Shown here in pieces: positions 37,536 to 50,300 of a stretch of DNA of 64,000 bases (within the stretch, counting starts at the first letter, position 1; each line of letters opens with the position of its first letter). This DNA is from Rhizophagus irregularis (taxonomy: Eukaryota). The position numbers and the translations under genes are program-made. The notes beneath the pieces are model-generated. The model was not told the DNA's origin. It was given only the letters and a program-made list of their open reading frames with translations, and ran no database searches. The stretch lies in the NCBI RefSeq assembly GCF_026210795.1, contig NC_089435.1, positions 1,488,001 through 1,552,000 on the forward strand, in the 5' to 3' direction.

Positions 37536-39789
37536 GACTATTGCATAATTAAATTATAACAAAATAATTCATTTATTTTTATATACCAATTAATTACAGA
37601 CCCCGGCGAAAAGAAAAAAATTCTTATGTTTCCATTATTTCTCCGTGGCTTTCATAAAAATTCCGCGGAATGATACATTAAAAAATTCCATGATTTAAAT
37701 CTATAAACTCCATAAAAATGATACTTAAACAAACGTAAAATTCTTTCTTTTTTCATCTTAATAAAAATTTCTAAATTTCTCATCCTACGTATATTGTATA
37801 AGAACTTTCATTTATTCTTTCTCAGGCTAAATAATATATTTTTTTTGTACTATTCGCTTTTTTTTTCCTAAACTAAAATAACTAACTGTAATATCTTTTT
37901 TATGATTTTATAAATATATTGTACAAGTTATTTTCGTATAAATAATTATGAAGAGGTTACAAATTATTTACGTAATTTGCGAATAAGGATCAAACGCGGA
38001 AAGTTCTTTACGCGTGAGATATTTATTTCGCACCAGAAAATATTACGTAGGTATCTCATGTGAGAGAGCTCCATTGTATCATGTTTTGATCATAATAAAA
38101 TTTTAAAAATTCTAATTTTTTTCCATAAAGACGTCACTGATTTAGTCGATCTTATCATATGATACCAAAATTTGTTTACAAAATTTTTTTTAATATATAA
38201 ATAAGATACGAATTTGTAAGGAGGGTGGGTGGTCGCTACTTTATAATCGAATCGATTAGGCTCTATAACCATATTTTTTTCCGGAAAAGGCTCATATTTC
38301 TGGAATTAATAACCTTACGGAACTTATCGAATAATTTACATTTTTCATGAATGGATCCGTTAAAGGCTCATTTTTACGGAGTTTCTACAGAAATAATAAT
38401 TTTACGACTATTTTTTTCCCAAATTTGTCTAACCAGAAAAAAAGTATACCTGGCAAGTGTTTTGATAATCACAGGAATTATACCTTTTTTATTAAAAATA
38501 CTTTATCATTTTACAACGCACAAACCATTCATAATGGGAAAAAAATAGTAGCTATTTACGATAATTAATGCGGCGAGTGACGCCATCAAATATCAAATCT
38601 ACATCTGACGCATGACAAACGTAAACTATTTTCTATAAAATAAACAAATTATTTATTAAATCAAGTACTGTAACTGAAAATTTTTTAAGATATAACTTTT
38701 CCAAGAAACTATTATCACTTGTAAAATTTAGTTATAATGTCATTATACTATTCATTTTAATGTCTGTGTCTGAAATATACCATCAACTTGTTTTTGCTTT
38801 CGTAGAAAATATAAGCTACTCTATAATTTTAGTTCTTCATTTAGAGGAAAGTATCTGAAGATTAAATATAACAAAAGAAAATAATTATAGAACTTTGCTT
38901 ATAAGAATTTAAAAGTTTAAATGTTATCTTTAATGATTGAGCATTACTGTGTGTATCATCTTTGGCTCATTTAATGTTTTTAGTATTGAACGCCATTTGT
39001 CTTGGGCGTCATTTTGCGTGTGATTTGAATATGATTAGGATTGGGATATGAGTGGGATGAGATATGGACTTTTTCATTCCATTTAATATGAGTGCAAGTA
39101 TAATGATTCCGATAGATCAACTCTGCAGATCAATGGATATTGGAAATCTTTCCTTTCATCTGTTTGTTAGTAAATGTATTCATGTGGAAGAAAATTATTT
39201 GCAAAATCCTTTCACATTTATTAAACAAAGTAAAAGAGATAGATATTAATACGTTACGATCTTTTCTACACTTAATTCTAGGGATGATAAGTTTAATGTA
39301 CAGTAGGTAAAGGTCGTAATCCTCGCCGGAGTACCTTAAGTTTGAAACTGTACGGCGTTAATAATAAATCAACATCGAATTTAATCATTGTCAATTTTAC
39401 TATGAAAATTATTACTTATATTTTATATGTTTCATAAGTTCGTGAATTGCTAATTAAATAATGCCATTTCCTATATATTATTTATATCAATGCTTGAAAA
39501 TAATTTTATTTGCCATAAGCTTTAACTTCCTATTAAATTGCCACGTATTCGTCATACAAAAAAAAAATAGTATTTGGTTACTAAATCATGCAGAGACAGA
39601 TCTTCATGCATCAAATTGCAACACAAAGTAAAAAAATAAAATATAAACGTAATATTTGTTACACAATAAGGCTAATCTTCATTAAAATAATGACAAATCC
39701 TTCTAAAACCTAAATTAAATAAAAAATTTCTCCTTTTTTTTATTTTTTATTTTTTATTTATTTATTTATTTATTTTTTAAAAAAAAAGA

Positions 39790-41232
39790 ATGTGGCGATT
39801 CAATGAAGATTTGCTTTTTCTAATATTTGAAAAATTAAAAAATGATAAAAAATCACTTTATTCATGTCTTTTAGTTAATAGAACTTGGTGTGTAACAGCG
39901 GTGCCATTTTTATGGAGAAATCCTAGTCAATTTTATTATGCGACTGATAATTCAAAGAATATACTATATAACGTAATACTTTTACATTTATCGGAAGAAT
40001 CAAGAGTAATTTTGAAGAATCAAGGAATGAATAATCTTATTACGGAGACAACATATCAGCGTCCTTTATTTGATTATATTAGTTTTTGGAAATATTTAGA
40101 ATTGTATATCCTAGAAGATGTAATTTCTTCGAAAATGATTGAAAAATCAAATGCACCTATTTTAAGAAACGAGATATTAAAATTATTTATTAATAAAAAT
40201 ACTAAGTTTATTCAACTTTCAATCCCACGTTACTTTGATTATCAGCTACATCTTATTCCGGAGGCTAAATGTTGCTTTTCAGAACTTGGATTCTTTCATT
40301 GTGATGTTAAAATTGATCAAAATATTTTAGAAGGATTGGCTAAAATATGCAAATCAATTAAAAAAATTACATTATATATTACGGCTTATGATAATACTGA
40401 TAATTATGGGATCTTTAAATTAATTGAAGTACAAAAAAGTTTAAATGAATTCTGTTTATTCGATATTTCAAGCTCTAAACATGAATCATTTTATAAATCT
40501 CTTGAAGAATCATTAATTAAACATGCAGATACTGTCCAATATTTGAGAATTAGTTGGAATCCTACTACAAGATTTCTTTCGTACTTTGTGAATTTACTAT
40601 ATTTAGAAATTCATAAACCATATTTCAGAAATTGGAATGATCCAAATAATTTAAAGAATTTGTCATTACCTAATTTAAAAATTTTAAAGGTTGATTATGT
40701 TCCATTAATTGCTACAGTAAATTTAATTGAAAATACAACAGGAAATCTTTCTGAAATTAGTATACATTGTGATAATGTCATACATTATGTTGATTGTAAA
40801 ATACTTATTCAAGCAATTTATCAAAATTGTCCAAATATTAGGTATCTTAAATTATCATTAGATAGAAATTTATTGATTCCAGAATTTGAAAATTTATTAA
40901 TTAGTTGTCAATTTTTAAATGGATTAATTATTAACGTGTGCAAAGATTATGAATTTAGTTGGGATAAGTTATTTCAAATATTAGCCAAATCTTCACCAAT
41001 TAGTTTATTTAAATTTAAATTTTATTTTAAGATATTTAAATTGAAAGATATTGAATCATTTTTTTCTAGTTGGACAAATAGGAATCCTATATTGTTAAAA
41101 ATAAATCATTCCGGAATAAAAGTGGATCAGAAATTGGTAAATTTAATCGAAGAATATAAAGCGAAAGGAGTGATTAAAAAATATTCATTTGGTTGTGGAA
41201 TGAATCTTAATGAAGATTTTGAATGGATTTAA
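39790..41232 (+). CDS. F-box/LRR(RNI)-like protein, 480 aa, intronless
   Basis: FNEDLLFLIFEKLKNDKKSLYSCLLVNRTWCVTAVPFLWRNP F-box-like motif plus Leu-rich repeats. Intact. Confidence 0.88.
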   Translation: MWRFNEDLLFLIFEKLKNDKKSLYSCLLVNRTWCVTAVPFLWRNPSQFYYATDNSKNILYNVILLHLSEESRVILKNQGMNNLITETTYQRPLFDYISFWKYLELYILEDVISSKMIEKSNAPILRNEILKLFINKNTKFIQLSIPRYFDYQLHLIPEAKCCFSELGFFHCDVKIDQNILEGLAKICKSIKKITLYITAYDNTDNYGIFKLIEVQKSLNEFCLFDISSSKHESFYKSLEESLIKHADTVQYLRISWNPTTRFLSYFVNLLYLEIHKPYFRNWNDPNNLKNLSLPNLKILKVDYVPLIATVNLIENTTGNLSEISIHCDNVIHYVDCKILIQAIYQNCPNIRYLKLSLDRNLLIPEFENLLISCQFLNGLIINVCKDYEFSWDKLFQILAKSSPISLFKFKFYFKIFKLKDIESFFSSWTNRNPILLKINHSGIKVDQKLVNLIEEYKAKGVIKKYSFGCGMNLNEDFEWI

Positions 41233-41748
41233 AAGAAATCAGCAACGTACCGCACTGTACAAGTTACCTTTTAGTACCTCTAAATATATCAAATTCATAA
41301 ATTTAAATTTTCATATATATATTAATTCTTTATAATACTCTCAGGATGGAAGTATGTGTTGGTACGTAATAAATATAAAAATAAATTTTATGCAGAAATA
41401 ATTATTCGCTTCCATTAGTAAATTATTTTTTTATACATTTACTTTGCTTATTTTTTTTAAAAAAAAATTGCTAAATCGCAAGAAATCTAAAAATTTTGTC
41501 ATAATTATGAAGTATTTATTTATTTGATAAGAAATAAATGTAAATTAATTATAATAATAATAGTTTAGAGGATAGTTATAACAATATTTGGACATTTAGC
41601 AATAAAATATAAATTTAATTCCAAAAACTTCATGTTTATAATCTAGATTTAGATGATATATAATTATCATAATTGGCCCAAATTATTTTTTTTTACATTA
41701 AGATTGTAAGTCAATTTATTAAAGTAGTACAAAACAATTGATACAAAA

Positions 41749-41753
<5 letters not shown>

Positions 41754-41779
<26 letters not shown>
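41754..41779. repeat. (TA)n microsatellite
   Basis: About 13 TA units. Confidence 0.9.
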
Positions 41780-42687
41780 CAAACTAAAAGAACTAGTACT
41801 AGCTTCCCTATCTATCATAGTAAACTACCCAGACAGACGAACCCAACCTTTCCAGCATAAAAAAGCAAAAAATGTTGCATTTTTTTCGTTCAATTTGGTT
41901 AGATAATGTGCGAATTATCAAGATTTCATATATTTTTTGATTAAATCAGGAAAGGCGTCATACAAACATTTTTCAATTTTTTATATAATATATTCTGTAT
42001 GTATGTAAATTGCATATCGTATATAGCATAAAGCATATTTTAATTGCATCCTTTTAATATCATTATAATAAAATTTGATTTTGAGCTCTCCTGTGACATT
42101 CTGAAGGATTTCACAGAAAGGTATAATTTTGATTGATCAGCAAGAATTTCCAAGCAAGGTTTGGCCAGGCGGATTGATGGTTTTCAATGATATCAAGAAT
42201 TCAAGATATTCATCCGGTCAAAATAGACTTTTTTTAATAGGACTAAATAGGTCAATTAATAATTACAGTAAAAACAAAAAAATAAAAATAAAGGATTAAT
42301 TTTAACTGAAAACAAATGATATCTATTGATCCCTTTAACCGAAAATGAAATATATTTTTTTCTTTTAATAAAAGCAATTAATAATTTATTTTTTATAAAA
42401 ATAAATATTTTTTTAATAAGGGAGAATTAATTAAAGAAAAAAAATTAAAATTGAAAGCCTCAGCCAGACCGGTTGACGGAGTTTGACCAACTTTAGATCG
42501 GTTAATTGGGTCGATAATACACACTTTGTACCAAGATACCGAGAGCTTGAAAAATAAACTGGTATTTTCACACTTTGAAATCACACATGAATCAAAACCA
42601 TTACACTGGAATCACAATAAAACCACACTAAATAAAGTGTTCTCAGGTCTCTCAGATCTCTTTAAAGCAATAAAATGGTATTTCAAG

Positions 42688-44957
42688 TAGTGTTCCGAAA
42701 GGGTCGGGTCAAACCCGGGTCATTTGACCCGACTCGTGTTTAAAATCCGAATCGGGTTCATCATTATTTGACACTAGTCCTGTATTCAACCCGACTCGTC
42801 GGGTCAGGGTCATGCCTTTGTTTGACCCAGGTTGACCCGGTTTGACCCGGGTTTAATAAGATATTTAAGATATTTTAGAGTAATATGTCCACGTTATGAG
42901 TCTTGTGTATAAAACGAGAAAACATGGTAGATTCTCCCTATGAAAAAAGTCTGTGTGATTTTTGTTGAAAAATCATTCAATTAAATTCACTACAATTTCT
43001 GTATATTTGACCATACAATAATTGTGCTAAAAATTGCAATAAATCACACAATTATTGCATGGTAATTTATTCAATAATTATCCTATTTTTGACCTGAATT
43101 TATACAATTATTGTGTGATTTTTGAGCCAAATTTTAGGCCATATTTTAGGAATTATAGGTTAAATTTTACAGTAATAACAGGCAATTTATAAAGTGAAAT
43201 TATGAATTTTTTTTATTGACGTAAAATATAAAAAATATACACAATATTTCATAAATAAAATACTAAATTTGATATAATCATAAATATAAAAATTTGTAAG
43301 AAAATAAAATAAAATAAAGTATGTTAATAACATGAAAGTAAATTAGTAGTATCAAAGAAGAAAGTAAATTATTAGTGTAAGTAAATTATTAGTATTAAAT
43401 AAAAAAGTATGAAGTTAGTGAAGAAAGCAAATTAGTAGTGTTAAAAAGTAAATTATTAGTGTTAGTAATAAAAAAGTATGAAGTTAGTGAAGAAAGCAAA
43501 TTAGTAGTGTTAAAAAGTAAATTATTAGTATTAGTAATAAAAAAAAGTATGAAGTTAGTGAAGAAAGCAAGTTAGTAACATTAAAATGTAAAAAGTTAGG
43601 AAAATAAAAAGATAAAGAACACAAGTTTTTTTTACCTGATATTTTAAAAGAAAGTTGAAGAAAAGTTAAAAGGTTAAAAAAACAAACAAAAACATTACGC
43701 GTCATCATATTTATTTTGACGATCAGATCACGTGACTAACATATATAATTTTAAGAGTTGATTTTTACCGCATAATTCTGGCCAAATTATAATTCCGGTC
43801 AGAACTAATTGTGTAACCTAATAAAAAGTTTTTGACTTTTTTTTAGTTACAAGATAATACAAAAATTTCACCAATGGGTCTAGAAGATGCCCGTTTATAA
43901 GCAAATATGCGGTTGAATTTTGTGTAACCTTACTGCATAAATCACTTTACTTAGGAAAATCTATTTGTAATGGTTAAAAGTGGTCTATTCGACCCTAAAA
44001 GTGGTCAAATGTAACCATACAGGTAAGATGGAAAGTAGTATAATAGGATTACCCAAAAATTGCTTTCTGTATCCTAAATTTAAGTCTATTTTCAAGTTGT
44101 ACAATAATCACAATTTTTATTGTACAAAAATTGAATGTTTTCTGTATCCTAAATTTAAGTTGTATAAAAATCACACAAAAATTGAACATTTTCTATATCC
44201 TAAATTTAAGTTGTACAAAAATTGCATACTTTTAATATGCTTTGAAAAACTTCATAACTATTTTTATCCAAAAATCTGCAATAATTGTACAATTTCCACA
44301 CGGACTTGAACAAATATTGTACAAAAATTGGATGATTTTTTTTCATAGGGTCTTAGATCATGTTTTTGATTATATTTAAAAATCCTTGAAACCAAGATGC
44401 TCTACTGTGTAAGAAATTATATTATTTAATCTTACTAATTTATTAATAACACATATAGCTAAATGATTCATAACTAGCAGCAGTGGCAGGTAAAAAATAA
44501 TTTAGCTATTTTTAATATTGCTAAATATTAACTAATTAAATGATTTTGCCAATAGAAGGGATCTTTTCCGATGGAGCTGATTTGATAACAGCAGTAACAG
44601 CAGCAAAAAGAAGCAATCTCAAAACAAATACAATTTGTACTTGTATGAGTTTGAAATCATGGTGGGAGTAAGGAAGAATTATGTATTTTATAATTTTATA
44701 ATAAAAATTTAAATAAAACTTATCAAAATCGTTTTTTTGTAAAAGTTGTGCGACATACATTATTATTGTCTTGCAATCATGAACAAATTTGTTAAAAATT
44801 TTATTTGACCCGGGTCATCCGGGGGTTAAACTATAACGGGTCAGAGGTCGGGTTATATAAATATTAACCCGGGTATTTGTGCGGGTTGATTTTTATAGTC
44901 GGGTCGAGTTCGAATATATCCTCAAACCCGACCCGATTCGACCCTTTCAGAACACCA
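42688..44957. mobile_element. Non-autonomous hAT-like element containing a nested insertion
   Basis: TIR TAGTGTTCCGAAAGGGTCG / CGACCCTTTCAGAACACCA. 8-bp TSD ATTTCAAG at 42680-42687 and 44958-44965. Many GACCCG subterminal motifs. Confidence 0.88.
42936..44350. mobile_element. Nested non-autonomous CACTA/CMC-like element
   Basis: TIR CCCTATGAAAAAA / TTTTTTCATAGGG, 3-bp TSD TCT, subterminal TGTACAA/CACAATT repeats, internal tandem repeat at ~43340-43575. Confidence 0.75.
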
Positions 44958-45428
44958 ATTTCAAGTCACCTTATTACGTATATGACGGAAATATTTAATT
45001 TTATTGAATTTCTCTATTAAACCAATTTTTTTATTTTTACAGTTACACATACAGTATAAAAAAATCCAATTATAAATAAAATGCTTTTTGTTTGTTATGT
45101 GGTAGTTTTAATGATTTATTCAATTAATTTACACAATTTCGATCTTGGACGTTATTTAATCTGAACAAATATTATTTAAAACAACATATTGAGTTATTTA
45201 TTCATCTCATATACTAATTTTTGCTCCTAGTTTCATTGATTCTGGCTGGTGAACCAGTGTAATCATTTGTAATCATCTGGACCCATATCTTCCGTAGTCA
45301 TTACATGGAATCCAAGCTAATTCCACATAGGATCCAACTGGCGAAAACTATACATAATATGGTTTGTCCAGGTCAACCAGAATCACATAAGGAGTATACA
45401 CGTGATTGCTGCCACGCCCAATAAACTC

Positions 45429-46948
45429 CCCCAGCGTAACCAACAAACAAGCTCGGGCACGTGATATAAAGTGTGGCGTCTAAATTTTGATTGGTCGGGC
45501 TTGTGTAACATTTAACTTTGAATTTTTTCAATTTTTTTGTAAATGTTTTGTTTTTTTTTCAAAGACTTTTGTAAAAAAGTCAATAGAAATAAAATAAATT
45601 TTAGTTTTAATATTTTTATTATATTGTTTTTGAATGATACTGTAAACAATACAGAAAAATTTTTACTTGATATATTTATGAAATAAAAATTTTTTTTTTT
45701 TTGTTTTTAAAATTCTCTGTATAACTGATAAAGTAAAGTAACATATACCTGACTAAAAATATACAAGTTTATGCTATTTATACAAAAAAGTCAAAATATA
45801 TAAAATTAATGTATATATAAATACTTTAATACTTGCTAAAACAAACTTTAAAAATTTCTCAGGGGAGAGATCGATTGGTCAACAACATTACGATTTATTA
45901 ATAATCGTAATGAATTTTCCTTTATCAATGTGGTACGAACGATACGAAGGATAGATCATATAAAATAAAAAATTTAATCAAGGAGCTTCCAACATACGCA
46001 GTTCTGATGAAACGAAAAATTAATGGTATAGAAACGGATATATGTCCAAGATGTAAAAAATTTAGTGAAGATTGGGAGCATATATGGATATGTAAAGCGA
46101 ATGAATTGGAGATAAATGAATTGATTAGATGATCGTTATGTGAATACGAACAAATACTCGTGGATAAGAACAAGAACGAAGATATAGATGTTATGAAAGA
46201 TGTATCATCAAAATAATGGACCAACCATCTTTAGTTTTAATTGGTAAAAAACGCATTTGGAAATTTTTGAGAGGAGCGTATAACTTTAATAAAATATCTA
46301 ACAAACAAAAAACAAAGAAAGTAATAGAAGATATGTGGATATTTTGTTACAATCAGTTCAGACTAAAGATATGGAATCAAAGATGCGAGATAGTATCAGA
46401 AATAGAAAAAGATCAAGGATTAACGAAAAAAGATCTACGGTTGAAAAGAAAAGCATATGATGTTATTGATGATGTGGACGCGACTAGAAAAATGAACGAA
46501 AATGGAAAAACAAATAAAAATGATAAAAACATACAAAAAAAATTAATTAAAAAAATTAAATTAGTAATGAAAGATCGTTTGATAGGTAAGATCACGGAAG
46601 AAGACTCGATTAAAAATAATTGGTATACAATGACGAAATTAGCTCAATAAATTATAGTTTAGTAATTTATAGCTAGGATTAATTGTAATTATTTTTTAGA
46701 CTAGATTACTTTAGTTATAGAGGATATTATATTTTATATAATGTTTTCTAGGTGTTTTGATATTTTGTAATTCATTTAATTTTACTAAATTAATAAACGC
46801 GTTACTAATTTTAAAAATAAAATGTATAAAGAAATAGGTGAACGGGCAAGTTAATATGACGCGAGAAAAAAAAATATTTATTTATATCGCATCAAAACAC
46901 AGCCACATCACGGATCACGTGCCCGAGCTTTTTTTGGTTACGCTAGGG
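45429..46948. mobile_element. Non-autonomous TIR element carrying a LINE fragment
   Basis: Inverted ends CCAGCGTAACCAACAAACAAGCTCGGGCACGTGAT / ATCACGTGCCCGAGCTTTTTTTGGTTACGCTAGG. TSD not resolved. Confidence 0.7.
45930..46650 (+). mobile_element. Non-LTR retrotransposon ORF2 C-terminal remnant
   Basis: KIKNLIKELPT...CPRCKKFSEDWEHIWICKAN (CCHC knuckle) and KIWNQRC motif. Contains a stop and a frameshift. Confidence 0.7.
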
Positions 46949-47310
46949 AATATCGGAATATCACGTCAATCGCATTTAAACATTTTACATACACTTCAAT
47001 AAGATAACGTGATTAAAATAGGATGTGGCGTTCGCGTTGTTTATATTTATCTCTGCGACTTTTTTTTGAGTGGTCTGATTCTTATTCGTCACCCCTGTAA
47101 GTGTACAAATTGTTTGAATGCACGCCAATCAGTTCCCATCTGCGGATGAGCGGATGATCAGATTGATCAGTGTCAATTACGTTGTGAATATCATGTGATC
47201 GCAGATCCTTTGTGTTTCCTGTGTGACGTTGATTTTTCGGAAAACCCCTTCTATTACACCGACTTGTTGATTTAACCTATCTTAGTTAAAAATAATTTCT
47301 TTATTAAAAA

Positions 47311-50300
47311 ATGTCTGATTTTGAAAACAATGAAAATAAATTATTTTACCAGTATAAAATAGCAGCAGAAATTGGTGATAAAGTTGCAATGTTTAATTTA
47401 GCAATATGTTATGAAAATGGAGAAGGAATAAAAAAGAATTTAGAAAAAGCCTTTTATTGGTATCAGAAAGCAGCTAAAAATGGTAATGAATATGCAATGA
47501 ATAATTTAGCCATATGTTATGAAAATGGAGAAGGAATAGAAAAGAATTTAGAAAAAGCCTTTTATTGGTATCAAAAAGCAGAAGAAAATGGTAATAAAGA
47601 TGCAATATCTAATTTAGCCTTATGTTATGGAGAAGGAATTGGTATTGAAAAGGATGAAGTCAAAGCCTTTTATTGGTATCAAAAAGCAGCAGAGAATGGT
47701 AATGAATATGCAATGAATTATTTAGCTATATATTATGAAAATGGAAAAGGAAAAGAAAAGAATTTAGAAAAAGCCTTTTATTGGTATCAAAAAGCAGCAG
47801 AAAATGGTAATGAAGATGCAATGAACAATTTGGCCATATGTTATAAAAATGGAAAAGGAACAGAAAAGAATTTTAAAAAAGCTTTTTATTGGTATCAAAA
47901 ATCAGCAGAAAATGGGAAAAATGAAGCAATGAATAATTTAGCAATATTCTATGAAAATGGAGAAGGAACAGAAAAAAAATTAGAAAAAGCCTTTTATTGG
48001 TATCAAAAAGCAGCAGAAAATGATAATAAAGTTGCAATGTATAATTTAGCCTTATGTCATAAAAATGGAAAAGGAACAGAAAAGAATTTAGAAAAAGCTT
48101 TTTATTGGTATCAAAAAGCAGCAGAAATAGATTATATTAAAGCAATGAATAGTTTAGCTATATGCTATGGAAATGGGGAGGGAACAGAAAAGAATTCAGA
48201 AAAAGCCTTTTATTGGTATAATAAAGCAGCAGAAAATGGTAATGAAGCTGCAATGAATAATTTAGCCTTTTGTTATAAAATTGGAAAAGGAATAGAAATG
48301 GATTTAGAAAAAGCCTTCTATTGGTATCAAAAAGCAGCAGAAATAGATTATATTAAAGCAATGTTTAATTTGGCCGTATGTTATGAAAGTGGGAAAGGAA
48401 TAGAAAAGAATTTTAAAAAAGCTTTTCATTGGTATCAAAAAGCAGCAGAAAATGGAAAAAATGAAGCAATGAATAATTTAGCAATATGCTATGAAAATGG
48501 AGAAGGAACAGAAAAAAATTTAGAAAAAGCCTTTTATTGGTATCAAAAAGCAGAAGAAAATGGTAATAAAGATGCAATATCTAATTTAGCCTTATGTTAT
48601 GGAGAAGGAATTGGTATTGAAAAGGATGAAGTCAAAGCCTTTTATTGGTATCAAAAAGCAGCAGAGAATGGTAATGAATATGCAATGAATTATTTAGCTA
48701 TATATTATGAAAATGGAAAAGGAAAAGAAAAGAATTTAGAAAAAGCCTTTTATTGGTATCAAAAAGCAGCAGAAAATGGTAATGAAGATGCAATGAACAA
48801 TTTGGCCATATGTTATAAAAATGGAAAAGGAACAGAAAAGAATTTTAAAAAAGCTTTTTATTGGTATCAAAAATCAGCAGAAAATGGGAAAAATGAAGCA
48901 ATGAATAATTTAGCAATATTCTATGAAAATGGAGAAGGAACAGAAAAAAAATTAGAAAAAGCCTTTTATTGGTATCAAAAAGCAGCAGAAAATTATAATA
49001 AAGTTGCAATGTATAATTTAGCCTTATGTTATAAAAATGGAAAAGGAACAGAAAAGAATTTAGAAAAAGCTTTTTATTGGTATCAAAAAGCAGCAGAAAT
49101 AGATTATATTAAAGCAATGAATAGTTTAGCTATATGCTATGGAAATGGGGAGGGAACAGAAAAGAATTCAGAAAAGGCCTTTTATTGGTATAATAAAGCA
49201 GCAGAAAATGGTAATGAAGCTGCAATGAATAATTTAGCCTTTTGTTATAAAATTGGAAAAGGAATAGAAATGGATTTAGAAAAAGCCTTCTATTGGTATC
49301 AAAAAGCAGCAGAAATAGATTATATTAAAGCAATGTTTAATTTGGCCGTATGTTATGAAAGTGGGAAAGGAATAGAAAAGAATTTTAAAAAAGCTTTTCA
49401 TTGGTATCAAAAAGCAGCAGAAAATGGAAAAAATGAAGCAATGAATAATTTAGCAATATGCTATGAAAATGGAGAAGGAACAGAAAAAAATTTAGAAAAA
49501 GCCTTTTATTGGTATCAAAAAGCAGCAGAAAATGGTAATAAAGTTGCAATGTATAATTTAGCCTTATGTTATGAGGAAGGAATTGGTACTGAAAAAAATG
49601 AAGTTGAGGCCCTTTATTGGTATCAAAAAGCAGCAGAAAATGGTAATGAAGTTGCAATGAACAATTTAGCCATATGTTATAAAAATGGAAAAGGAACAGA
49701 AAAGAATTTAAAAAAAGCCTTTTGTTGGTATCAAAAAGCAGCAGAAAATGGTAGTAAAGTTGCAATGAAAAGTTTAGCCATATGTTATGAATATGGAAAA
49801 GGTACAGAAAAGAATTTAGAGAAAGCCATTTACTGGTATCAAGAAGTAGAAAATGGTAATGAAATTGCAATGAATAGTTTAGCAATATGCTATAAAAATG
49901 GAGAAGAAACAAAAAGGAAATTAGAAAAAGCCTTTTATTGGTATCAAAAAGCAGCAGAAAATGGTAATATAGATGCAATGTCTAAATTGGCCTTGTGTTT
50001 TGGAGAAGGAATTGGTATTGAAAAAGATGAAGCCAAAGCATTTTATTGGTATCAAAAAGCAGCAGAAAATGGTAATGAAGTTGCAATGAATAATTTAGCC
50101 ATATATTATAAAAATGGAGAAGGAACAAAAAAAAGTTTAGGAAAATCCTTTTATTGGTATCAAAAAGCAGCAGTAAATGGTAATGAAATTGCAATGAATA
50201 GTTTAGCCATATGCTATAAAAATGGAGAAGGAACAAAAAGGAAATTAAAAAAAGCCTTTTATTGGTATCAAAAAGCAGCAGAAAATGGTAATATAGATGC

